NCBI GenBank assembly: GCA_051439375.1
Contig: JBFRWB010000212.1
Span: 11,144 to 35,143, forward strand
DNA from: Microcystaceae cyanobacterium
GTDB taxonomy: Bacteria > Cyanobacteriota > Cyanobacteriia > Cyanobacteriales > Microcystaceae
Length of the DNA: 24,000 nt
Direction of reading: 5' to 3'
Shown here: positions 15,725 through 24,000 of the stretch, piece by piece
Numbering within the stretch: the stretch's first letter is position 1
Layout: each line of letters opens with the position of its first letter
Notes under the pieces: model-generated
The model's input: only the letters and a program-made list of their open reading frames with translations
Told to the model about the DNA's origin: nothing
The model's database searches: none
Position numbers and translations under genes: made by a program

Positions 15725-16332
15725 CTTCTCATGCGACAAGCAATGAGTTGTTCCTCTAAAATGGCGATACGGTTATAAGCGGCGGTTAATTGCGCCATCA
15801 GACGACGAATTTGGATATCTGAGGCCACACTGGGTTCATGGAGAGGATCAGGAAGTGTAGTTTGTGGTACTTTGTCTTCTAATAGAACATCTTTATGTTC
15901 CATCGCCAATCTATAATATCCCTTTTGAGAATCCAGATGAGGCTCACTCACAGTATTATGGCCATTGCTGTTGTGATGATAGCCATTACCAACTAATTCA
16001 GTCGTCTCTGGATGACTGTTTTTATAGTGATAACTGTTACCGACTAATTCAGTGCTAGTGCTATCTGAATAACGATTGTCGTTATGATAACCGTTATCTA
16101 CTGACTCGCTTTCCTCTTGAGACTCAATTGAAGCAGTCTGAGCAGTGGCTAATTTTTCTTCTCGATGCGATAACTTAGGTAGCGGTTGTAACGGCTGATC
16201 TGAGGACATTGGAGAAGATGCGATATGAGGACTCGCTAAAACCGTTAACTGTCCCGTAAGACGTTCAACAATTTGATGAAGTTGTTCTACCTTTTGATTC
16301 AATGTGTTAATTTGATGTTGCAGCCCATCCAT
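15721..16332 (-). CDS. Hypothetical protein: terminal coiled-coil segments flanking a His/Tyr/Asn-rich repeat region
   Basis: 203 aa. Heptad-like N-terminus (QHQINTLNQKVEQLHQIVERLTGQL) and C-terminus (IQIRRLMAQLTAAYNRIAILEEQLIA). Central 17-aa tandem repeat TELVGNSYHYKNSHPET / TELVGNGYHHNSNGHNT (15952..16053). No family recognised. Confidence 0.55.
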   Translation of the reverse strand: MDGLQHQINTLNQKVEQLHQIVERLTGQLTVLASPHIASSPMSSDQPLQPLPKLSHREEKLATAQTASIESQEESESVDNGYHNDNRYSDSTSTELVGNSYHYKNSHPETTELVGNGYHHNSNGHNTVSEPHLDSQKGYYRLAMEHKDVLLEDKVPQTTLPDPLHEPSVASDIQIRRLMAQLTAAYNRIAILEEQLIACRMRS

Positions 16333-16603
16333 AAAAATTACCCCAAAGTAATGTTTCTTCTCACTATGCTAAGATTGATTAGATGAAAACTAACAAGATT
16401 CCCGATTCATTTAACACTTATGCAAACTCTCTTCATTGAGCTTAGGATTTTGTCTTAATTACAAGAGAATTTAATACAAAACTTTACAGAATCTTCTTTG
16501 CGATCGCCGTGAAGCCATAAATTGATCGGTCTCACTATGGGATTGTGATTTTTGACCAAACTTTGGGTATGTATAAGGATAGATGCCTTTTATGTGAACC
16601 CTC

Positions 16604-18568
16604 ATGTCTCTTCAAGCTGGTCTCAAAGCTCTTCAGGAGCAGCATTATTCAGACGCGATCGCCCTTTTGTCGTCCTATTGTCAAGAGGAAGTGGATCAAC
16701 GATCACCCTACTATATCCAAGCACAGATCGCCCTCGCTAGAGCCTATCGTGGTCATAATGAACATGACCAAGCGATCGCTATTTGTGAAACCTTAAAAAA
16801 ACATCCTCAAAAAGAGGTGAAAAGTTGGGCTTCAGGGTTTATTTCCATTATTAAATCCCAAGAAAATAGTGGTTTCTTCCATATAAATGCGGAAAATAGT
16901 ATTTTTAAGCCTGAAAAAGCGGGAAGAGTCTATCAAAAAGGGGTAAGACTTCTCAAACCCAAAATGGCAGATAGCTTATCGGTTGCTGCTATTGTTACAT
17001 CTGGGTTGATATGGCTGATTATTAGTGGAATTGTGCTACTTTTAGGGAGCTTTGGGTTAGTTTGGCAGGGATTAGAGATAGCACTGGGAATTGGACTGAT
17101 TTTATTGTTAATGGGTTTAATCATCTCCCCAATCCTTATGGATCAACTGCTTAATCGTCTTTATAGCGTTCGCTGGGAAAATTTAACCGCCATTCGCCAA
17201 CATAGCGAAGAGTCGGCCGAGGTTATTTTACAAATTTGTCGAGAAAGAGGCCTTAAATTTCCCCTGTTAGGTATTATTGATTATCCCATTCCCCTTGCTT
17301 TTTCCTATGGCTCATTTTGGGGTAAGAGTCGTATTCTTGTTAGTCAAGGACTATTTACCTACCTCGATGAAGAAGAAATTGCCACCGTCTATGGTCATGA
17401 GTTAGGGTTAGTTCTACCATGGGACAAAGCCATTATGACGCTGATCTGTCTTCCGACTCCCCTTCTTCATTGGATCAGTGCCTATTTAATGAAGCCAAAA
17501 GCCATTCCTCAGCCGATTCAATGGATTTTAACAACAATTGGTTCTTTCGTAGCAAATGTAGCTCAATTACTTACCTATCCACTCATTTACCTTTCCCGAA
17601 CTCGTACCTATCATGCGGATCACCTAGCCTCAGAAATCACTGGTAATCCCAACGGTTTAATACGAGCCTTAGCAAAAGCTGCCTATGGTATGGTCAAAGA
17701 GCAAAGTCGTCGGGGCTTTCCCAATCGATTAGAGATGGGGATCAGTCCCATTAACTTCTATAATCCGCAAAATGCAATTATTACGGGGACAACTTACCGT
17801 CAACACTCATCCTCACAGCGTATGGGACAGGTTTTCCTCTGGGATCTTTATAATCCTTGGTCTTGGTGGTTAGAATTTATTTCTACCCATCCCCTAACTG
17901 GACGACGTGTTCGAGTTTTAACCCATTATGCAGAACAAATGGAACTCGATACAGAGTTTAGTATGGCCTCAGTCGCCAAAGAAGGTAATAAGTTGAATAA
18001 AGGTAAATTAAGACTTAATTTTGCCCTTGACTGGTTAGCGATCGCATTACCCTTGATCGGGATTTTAGGGGGAATAACAACTTATCATGGGTACGAAAAT
18101 GTAACAGTGTTCAAAGCCATTTTCTGGGGATTTGGCATTGGAACATGGCTGCAAACCCTTTTAGTTTATCCATTTCCTTCAAAAAAACTCCTTTCATCTG
18201 ATATTTTTAGCTTAATGGCAGATCCTTATGCGAGTCCAGTCAGAGGTCGTTCGGTGACCCTCTCAGGAAAACTCCTTGGCAATTCAGAGCAAAAAACCGT
18301 TATTAACACGGACTTACAATTACAAGACCCGACAGGCGTAGTCAAAACAAAGTATGCGACTCGTTGGGGAGAACTAACGGAGCTTAAATCCCTTGAATCG
18401 TTTGTTAATGTCCCCATCAGGGCGATAGGATGGTTTTATCGAGGCATCATGCCTTCCTTTGATTTAAGTCAATTGGATAATGCACAGGGGCATCATCTAT
18501 ATGGTTATCATCGCTTTCGAGCTTGGTTATTCGGAAGTGTGGCAATTTTCTTAGGCTTATTTCTCTAA
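16604..18568 (+). CDS. TPR-like N-terminus plus M48 (HtpX/Ste24-like) membrane peptidase homolog with degenerate metal-binding motifs
   Basis: 654 aa. N-terminal TPR-like helices and multiple TM segments. M48-like core LDEEEIATVYGHELGLVLPWD (HELGL at 17396..17410), SRTRTYHADHLASEITGNPNGLIRALAKA, and THPLTGRRV. Two more TM segments and a roughly 130-aa C-terminal domain follow. Confidence 0.75.
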   Translation: MSLQAGLKALQEQHYSDAIALLSSYCQEEVDQRSPYYIQAQIALARAYRGHNEHDQAIAICETLKKHPQKEVKSWASGFISIIKSQENSGFFHINAENSIFKPEKAGRVYQKGVRLLKPKMADSLSVAAIVTSGLIWLIISGIVLLLGSFGLVWQGLEIALGIGLILLLMGLIISPILMDQLLNRLYSVRWENLTAIRQHSEESAEVILQICRERGLKFPLLGIIDYPIPLAFSYGSFWGKSRILVSQGLFTYLDEEEIATVYGHELGLVLPWDKAIMTLICLPTPLLHWISAYLMKPKAIPQPIQWILTTIGSFVANVAQLLTYPLIYLSRTRTYHADHLASEITGNPNGLIRALAKAAYGMVKEQSRRGFPNRLEMGISPINFYNPQNAIITGTTYRQHSSSQRMGQVFLWDLYNPWSWWLEFISTHPLTGRRVRVLTHYAEQMELDTEFSMASVAKEGNKLNKGKLRLNFALDWLAIALPLIGILGGITTYHGYENVTVFKAIFWGFGIGTWLQTLLVYPFPSKKLLSSDIFSLMADPYASPVRGRSVTLSGKLLGNSEQKTVINTDLQLQDPTGVVKTKYATRWGELTELKSLESFVNVPIRAIGWFYRGIMPSFDLSQLDNAQGHHLYGYHRFRAWLFGSVAIFLGLFL

Positions 18569-18633
18569 TGATAGTATTTGATCACGGATCAAAACTATTT
18601 TTTAATCACTCTTTTAGTACGAGGTAATTTCTT

Positions 18634-20085
18634 ATGTCTCCCCTTAACTCGTCGTTAAACACCACCTCAAGTTTATCGACATCTCAGGTGGTTTATCAAG
18701 AGTTTTTCCAAATTGTTAAACACCCCCGTCATCATAACCTAATTGTTGAGTTAAATCAATATTTTTTAAATGATTCTAGCCAACTGCCTCGTTTATTAAA
18801 TACAGTCATTCAACAGTTAAAACAACAAAAAATTTCAACGTTGCAGGCAAGAGAAATTACTGCAACAGCTTGTTGTGTCGTGGCAGAATATGTTAACACC
18901 TATGTTTATAATCCCAAAGATGAAAAATATTTTAAACAAGTAATTAGCTTATTGAATGCCTTGATTTATGGAGCGGTTAAAATTCCTAAATCAGAAGACT
19001 TATCAGAGCCTGAACCAAGCAATAATTACATAGAAAAAGAAACATCTGAGATCAGAAAAATAGATGGAAATACCTACGGCTTGGTTGCCTTAATTGGCAT
19101 TAAAGCTCTGTTAGAAAAAGTTAACATCAATAACGATTTTTTATTGCTGATTTCTATTTTTGAATGCCTTGACTGGTCACAGGTTTCTCCTGAACAACAG
19201 ACAATAATGACTAATTTTTTGAAGAACTTAAACTTTATTGGGGTTTCTCCCGAAGAGATGGAATTTATTTCGTTGTTACAAAAATACGGCTGGCGAGAAG
19301 TTTTAAGCATAGCGGAATTTCAATACCGTAAGAATCAATATATTAACCTAAAATCTCGTTTTAATGAAGACGAAAATGCAGAAAAATCTCCCATCGAATT
19401 TCTTGAAGAACCCCTGAGTATTTTTCAACAAAAATTAAAAGATTCTCTATCTTCTCTGATGGTTCTTGAGGAAGCAACCTTAGAGTTTGGCTCAGAGCCA
19501 TCTCAGTATCTAAACTGTTTTAATCGTGCTTGTTCTGCTCAAGACAAATTAATGATTGTGTTCCATGGGTTAACTAAAATGTGTCTAGATGGAATGTATC
19601 AAAATGCTCAAGCTCGTCAACATATTGAGCAGGGGATTCAATTTAGCACGAAAGCACAAGAATTGTATAAAACAATTTGCAGTCAATGGAGTCATCAACT
19701 GAGTGAATTGACTCGGTTAACGGTTGCTGCTAAAGTCATCACGACACCCAATGGACATAAAATGAAAAAGACTGTATTAGATTGGCCACTGAGTAGCTTT
19801 TTTCCTGAACAACAAGGGAAAAGAGGTAAAATCACACAAACTGTCCTTAAAGAAAAGGTCGATATGCTTTCTCTAGAAGATTGCGCTAATTTACTCGTCT
19901 TACTTTATTGTAATATTCAAGAAACAGCTAATCCGTTAGGACAGGTTAATAATCTCTATGCGGCATTTCGTGAAAAACTGACATTAACCAACCAAGACCA
20001 TCAGTTTACCCATAATTATTTAGAAGCAAGAGGGTTTAGTCCCCATCAAATCAGTGGAGTTTTAGAATTTCAAGAAGATGTTTAA
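18634..20085 (+). CDS. Hypothetical 483-aa predominantly helical soluble protein
   Basis: Long ORF with a GAGG RBS, 65 nt downstream of and co-directional with the M48-like gene. No TM segments, signal peptide or recognisable catalytic motif. Confidence 0.6.
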   Translation: MSPLNSSLNTTSSLSTSQVVYQEFFQIVKHPRHHNLIVELNQYFLNDSSQLPRLLNTVIQQLKQQKISTLQAREITATACCVVAEYVNTYVYNPKDEKYFKQVISLLNALIYGAVKIPKSEDLSEPEPSNNYIEKETSEIRKIDGNTYGLVALIGIKALLEKVNINNDFLLLISIFECLDWSQVSPEQQTIMTNFLKNLNFIGVSPEEMEFISLLQKYGWREVLSIAEFQYRKNQYINLKSRFNEDENAEKSPIEFLEEPLSIFQQKLKDSLSSLMVLEEATLEFGSEPSQYLNCFNRACSAQDKLMIVFHGLTKMCLDGMYQNAQARQHIEQGIQFSTKAQELYKTICSQWSHQLSELTRLTVAAKVITTPNGHKMKKTVLDWPLSSFFPEQQGKRGKITQTVLKEKVDMLSLEDCANLLVLLYCNIQETANPLGQVNNLYAAFREKLTLTNQDHQFTHNYLEARGFSPHQISGVLEFQEDV

Positions 20086-20092
20086 TGCCAAC

Positions 20093-21625
20093 TTAGATAG
20101 TTGAGTTTAAATTTTTATATGAGGCAATAATTTGTTGTACGACTTCTTCAATCGTTAAGTGATCCGTTTCAATTCTAATGGCATCTTCTGCTTGACGCAG
20201 GGGAGAAATGGCTCTATTACTATCAAAATCATCCCTTTGTTGAATCTCTTGCATTAATGTGTCTAACTGCTCTTCATATCCCTGTTCAGAAAAGTCTTTT
20301 AACCGTCGTTTCGCCCGTTCTTTCACCGAAGCCGTTAAAAATATCTTTAATTCTGCATTAGGAAACACATGAGTCCCAATGTCTCTTCCTTCTGCCACTA
20401 AACCCCCTTTCTCACCATATTTTTGTTGTACGTTTACAAGAAATTGACGTACCGCAGCCTGTGCTGCCACTTGCGAGACATTTTTAGTGATTTCTGGACT
20501 ACGAATAATTTCACTAACATCTTGGCCATTAATTTTCACCCCATTCTTGTCGGGAACTAATTCAAGGGTTAACCCTTCGAGTTGATCAGCGATCGCAATT
20601 TCATCCCCCAGAGAAATTCCCTTTTCCATTATCCACCATGTAATTCCTCGATACATCGCCCCAGTATCAAGGTACAAAAGATTTAATTGTTGGGCAATTT
20701 GACGGGTAACGGTGGACTTTCCTGCACCCGCCGGTCCATCTATGGCAATAATAGGAGAATGGTCACAAAGCAACATATTATCAATTAAACGGGTTGACCC
20801 TACATAAGCAGCAATGGCCAATATTCCCTGATTTTCAAGCCTTTCTAAAGGAATCAAGGTTTTTGGATCAACCAACTCGGCATATTGTAATTTAATATCA
20901 GGAATTTGGGCGAATTCTTGACGAATAAGGTGCAGTAAAACTTTAGGGGATTTTTCCCCCTGTTCAAAGGCGTTTTTCGCAACGGATAAACTTTTATAAA
21001 GGGTAAGGGCTTTTTCTTTTTCTGTTTTGCTTAAATACTGATTACGGGAACTATAAGCGAGTCCAGAGGGTTCTCTTATGGTAGGACAGCCCTGAATTTT
21101 GACGGGAAGATTTAAGTCCGCAACCAAATGGCGAATAATCACCAACTGTTGCCGATCTTTTTCGCCAAAATAAGCGACTGTTGGCTGAATAAGGGTTAAA
21201 AGCTTAGTTACAATTGTAGCGACTCCAGCAAAATGACCGAGGCGAAATTCTCCACAAAGATGTTTGGTTAATATTTCAGGCGGCACGACAGTGGTAAGAT
21301 TTTTGAGATCACTGGTGCTGTTCCCCGAAACGCCCAATGTTTCAGGCGTAGGAGCAAAGATAGCATTCACACCTAATTCTGCACATAATTGACAATCTTG
21401 TTCAAATTGCCGAGGATATTCGTCTAAATCTTCACTGGGTGTAAATTGAAGTGGATTAACAAAGATACTAACGATGGTAAACTGATTTTCTAAAAGCGAT
21501 CGCTTGATCAGGCTCAAATGGCCCGCGTGTAAAAACCCCATTGTTGGGATTAAACCAATAGTTTGATGGGGTTTAAAAGAGCGAATTAGGGTTTTAACAC
21601 CAGATACGGTGGTTAAGATATACAT
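20093..21625 (-). CDS. panC: Bifunctional pantoate--beta-alanine ligase / cytidylate kinase (PanC-Cmk fusion)
   Basis: N-terminal PanC motifs (GLIPTMGFLHAGHLSLI, YFGEKDRQQ) and C-terminal Cmk motifs (IAIDGPAGAGKSTV, GRDIGT). I place the start at the internal ATG 21625..21623 (MYILTTVSG...) because the 19 upstream codons of the 529-aa ORF look non-native (MSRLGKITFYCYFDETLIV). Confidence 0.9.
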   Translation of the reverse strand: MYILTTVSGVKTLIRSFKPHQTIGLIPTMGFLHAGHLSLIKRSLLENQFTIVSIFVNPLQFTPSEDLDEYPRQFEQDCQLCAELGVNAIFAPTPETLGVSGNSTSDLKNLTTVVPPEILTKHLCGEFRLGHFAGVATIVTKLLTLIQPTVAYFGEKDRQQLVIIRHLVADLNLPVKIQGCPTIREPSGLAYSSRNQYLSKTEKEKALTLYKSLSVAKNAFEQGEKSPKVLLHLIRQEFAQIPDIKLQYAELVDPKTLIPLERLENQGILAIAAYVGSTRLIDNMLLCDHSPIIAIDGPAGAGKSTVTRQIAQQLNLLYLDTGAMYRGITWWIMEKGISLGDEIAIADQLEGLTLELVPDKNGVKINGQDVSEIIRSPEITKNVSQVAAQAAVRQFLVNVQQKYGEKGGLVAEGRDIGTHVFPNAELKIFLTASVKERAKRRLKDFSEQGYEEQLDTLMQEIQQRDDFDSNRAISPLRQAEDAIRIETDHLTIEEVVQQIIASYKNLNSTI

Positions 21626-21765
21626 AACAATTAAAGTTTCGTCAAAATAACAATAGAAAGTAATTTTGCCTAATCTTGACACAAACCTTAATGGTATCTT
21701 AATTCTGGAATAAGAACCTCATCTTTTTAATGATGACGCTTGACTCAATTGTGCAAAATGATTGA

Positions 21766-22212
21766 CTATTCATGGGGTAAAGTAACGGTTTGCAACCAAA
21801 ACGCCTCAATTCCTTCGACAATTTTAAATAACTCTTTTAAATTGCGGGACTTCGTAATAAAACAATTGACGTGGAGTTCATAACTATAATAAATATCTTC
21901 TTCATTGCGAGAAGTGGTCAAAACAACGACAGGAATGCGCTTCAAAGACGGATCTTGCTTAATTTCTGCTAACACTTCCCTGCCATCTTTTTTAGGCAAG
22001 TTTAAGTCCAATAAAATCAAATTAGGACGGACGGCATTTTCGTATTCCCCTTGTTGGTATAGATAGTCCATTGCAGCCATACCATCCCTCACCACTGTTA
22101 ACTGATGAGGGACAGAACTGGTTTTGAGGACTTCTTGAACGAGTCTTGCGTCCGCTTTGGAATCTTCTACCAAAAGGATCAATTTAGCTTGTCCGTCCTC
22201 TGAGATGGTCAC
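21766..22212 (-). CDS. rcp1: CheY-like single-domain response regulator, Rcp1-type phytochrome partner
   Basis: 148 aa. ILLVEDSKADARLVQEVLK...PNLILLDLNLPKKDGREVLAEIKQDPSLKRIPVVVLTTS...YELHVNCFITKSRNL closely resembles Synechocystis Rcp1 as I recall it. The gene overlaps the kinase gene end by 29 nt. Confidence 0.9.
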   Translation of the reverse strand: MTISEDGQAKLILLVEDSKADARLVQEVLKTSSVPHQLTVVRDGMAAMDYLYQQGEYENAVRPNLILLDLNLPKKDGREVLAEIKQDPSLKRIPVVVLTTSRNEEDIYYSYELHVNCFITKSRNLKELFKIVEGIEAFWLQTVTLPHE

Positions 22213-24000
22213 GATCGCGTCCTCCTATGGGTAGGGTAAAGGTAAATGTCGATCCCTGTCCGAGTTCTGATTCTACCCAAATTTGCCCTCGGTGACATTC
22301 AATAATTTTCTTACAGATGGCTAACCCCATTCCTGTTCCCTGATATTCGTCACGGGTGTGTAGCCGTTGGAAAATGATAAAGATACGGTCATAGAATCGT
22401 GAATCAATGCCAATACCGTTATCTTGAACAGAAAATCGCCAAGCATCGTCTAAACGCTGAGAAGAAATATGAATTTCAGGGGTTTTGTCACTGCGGAATT
22501 TAATGGCATTGCCAATTAAGTTTTGGAATAGCTGCATTAATTGAGTGCCATCCGCCATCAGCGTCGGTAAGGGATCATGAGTAATGATAGCGTGATTTTC
22601 CTTGATGCGTCCCCGTAAATTTGCTAAAGCCCGTTGCAAGGCATTTTCTGACTCGGTGAGTTCAAATTCTACCCCTTGAATATCTACTTTAGAGTAAGCA
22701 AGGACATCATCGATGAGGGTTTGCATCAAACTTACCCCATCTACAGCAAATTGAATGAATTCTCCGGCATCTTCGTCTAATTCCTCTTGATAACGCATTT
22801 CCAGCAACTGGACATAATTGGCCACTTGGTTGAGGGGTTCTTGTAAATCGTGGGAAGCGACATAGGCGAATTTCTTCAATTCTGCGTTAGAAAGGGACAA
22901 ATCGTGTGCTAGTTGCGCTAATTCATCGGCTTGTCGCAGAATGATATTGGTGATGGCTTTGCGTAATTCTAAGGCCGCTTGAATCTCTACCGATTTCCAA
23001 GGTAAGGATTTTAAGCGAACCGTCTCTTTCCACAGTTCAAAGGATTTACGGGGAGAAAGCTGCACAGTTCCATCTACTTCGACGGCTTCAAAAGCTTTAG
23101 TGGGATCTCCCCCCCAATTTACTGTTTGAATGACTTCTGGCCGGAACCACATCACATAGTTGCGGTGAGAAATCGGAATTGCGAGTAAGCCACTGGCTAC
23201 ATTTTTGTAGTTTAAAGCATCCGAATAAATATGAGGCAGGGAATCCGTTTGAAAAATTTCCCCATTATTATTCAGTTTGACCCATTGTAAGAGGAAATTG
23301 AGGTCTTCGGAGGCAGGGGTATCTCCAAGGGTAAAACAGTCTTCTCCCATAAAGATAGCAGCCCCCTGTGCGCCGGTTAAGTCTAAAAGATTGGGGGTAT
23401 GTTCGATTAGTCCTTTGACAAAGCTATCTTCTTCACTCATAAATTCCACCAATTGGGATTGAACGGTGGACAATTTCATGCGGTAGTCATAGTCTTCTGT
23501 TTCTTCTTTTACGGCAATTTCATTAAACACCACTCGACCTAAAAATTCACAGGCTTTTCGTAGTTCGTAGGGGACAAATTTCGGGGTACGATGGTGACAA
23601 GCAATCAATCCCCATAATTTCTCTTCGTGAATCAAAGAGATGGTTAAAGAGGATTCGACTCCCATATTGTGTAAATACTCTAAGTGACAAGGAAAAGCAC
23701 TACGCAAGATAGAAAGGGTTAAATCCGAGGGATTCTGGGTTTCGGGATGGACTTCTGGATACAGAGAAACAGGGGATGCGTAAATATCTGGAATGAGGCG
23801 AATATAGTTGGCACTAAAGAGACGACGGGCAGGGGCAGGAATATCTGATTCGGGAAAACGTAGTCCTAAGTAGGATTCCATTTCATCGACTTTATCTTCT
23901 GCAATAACATCTCCATGGTTTTCTTCGTCAAAGCGGTATAACATTACCCGATCAAATCCAGTTAGATTGCGAACCTCTTTAACAATAATTTCACAAAAAT
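22184..24000 (-). CDS. cph1: Cph1-type cyanobacterial phytochrome histidine kinase (GAF-PHY-HisKA-HATPase); the N-terminus lies beyond the window end
   Basis: The frame stays open upstream of the Met at 23944 to the window edge (...FCEIIVKEVRNLTGFDRVMLYRFDEENHGDVIAE). The GAF bilin site is RSAFPCHLEYLHNMGV, with the Cys codon at 23689..23687. PHY-type segment WGGDP. H-box ASHDLQEPL. N and G boxes NLIGNAIKF and DNGIGI...GTGMGLAICK. Confidence 0.92.
   Translation of the reverse strand, partial: FCEIIVKEVRNLTGFDRVMLYRFDEENHGDVIAEDKVDEMESYLGLRFPESDIPAPARRLFSANYIRLIPDIYASPVSLYPEVHPETQNPSDLTLSILRSAFPCHLEYLHNMGVESSLTISLIHEEKLWGLIACHHRTPKFVPYELRKACEFLGRVVFNEIAVKEETEDYDYRMKLSTVQSQLVEFMSEEDSFVKGLIEHTPNLLDLTGAQGAAIFMGEDCFTLGDTPASEDLNFLLQWVKLNNNGEIFQTDSLPHIYSDALNYKNVASGLLAIPISHRNYVMWFRPEVIQTVNWGGDPTKAFEAVEVDGTVQLSPRKSFELWKETVRLKSLPWKSVEIQAALELRKAITNIILRQADELAQLAHDLSLSNAELKKFAYVASHDLQEPLNQVANYVQLLEMRYQEELDEDAGEFIQFAVDGVSLMQTLIDDVLAYSKVDIQGVEFELTESENALQRALANLRGRIKENHAIITHDPLPTLMADGTQLMQLFQNLIGNAIKFRSDKTPEIHISSQRLDDAWRFSVQDNGIGIDSRFYDRIFIIFQRLHTRDEYQGTGMGLAICKKIIECHRGQIWVESELGQGSTFTFTLPIGGRDRDHLRGRTS

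Noticed and set aside
12856-19310. Short nested ORFs 12856..13077, 13861..14097, 14621..14896, 15453..15647, 15864..16058, 16545..16796, 16552..16740, 16933..17124, 17419..17646, 18226..18417 and 19074..19310, plus 23277..23462 outside this span
   Set aside because: Each overlaps a longer, better-supported gene on the same or opposite strand, and none has a recognisable motif or RBS.
21626-21682. N-terminal 19-codon extension of the panC-cmk ORF (529-aa version)
   Set aside because: The extension (MSRLGKITFYCYFDETLIV) is not PanC-like. The internal ATG at 21625 gives an N-terminus of typical length before the PTMG.LH.GH motif.
1-24000. tRNA, rRNA, transposase, integrase or IS elements
   Set aside because: I scanned for T-loop-like GGTTCGA motifs (the only hit is inside the cimA coding sequence), long terminal inverted repeats and transposase- or integrase-like ORFs. 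None was found.

Overview
This looks like a cyanobacterial chromosomal segment. Evidence: 15 exact copies of the HIP1 octamer GCGATCGC that I located by eye, STRR-like heptamer arrays in intergenic spacers, a Cph1/Rcp1-type phytochrome pair, and the PanC-Cmk fusion typical of cyanobacteria. Most genes are housekeeping or envelope functions: lgt, an M16-family protein, an RND pump in an apparent operon with a polytopic membrane protein and CorA, citramalate synthase, homoserine dehydrogenase, a LysM/M23 peptidase, ExbB/ExbD, PanC-Cmk and the phytochrome/response-regulator pair. Five items stand out. (1) At the left edge, a small Trypco-like protein gene sits directly upstream of an open frame missing from the ORF track. 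That frame encodes a cytoplasmic trypsin-like peptidase domain at the N-terminus of a larger protein running off the window, an architecture seen in poorly characterised NTPase-linked conflict systems. (2) A large TPR/M48-like membrane protein has degenerate zinc-binding motifs (HELGL instead of HExxH; Thr in place of the distal Glu). It is followed by an unrecognised 483-aa helical protein and preceded by a coiled-coil, His/Tyr/Asn-repeat protein. (3) A secreted serpin carries a canonical inhibitory hinge. (4) The RND transporter lacks both docking subdomains and has no adaptor or outer-membrane partner in the window. (5) An AT-rich spacer between cimA and hom carries a membrane-protein ORF split at a T6 run. 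I saw no tRNA, rRNA, CRISPR array, transposase or integrase. All family assignments come from motif recognition by eye; no searches were run.
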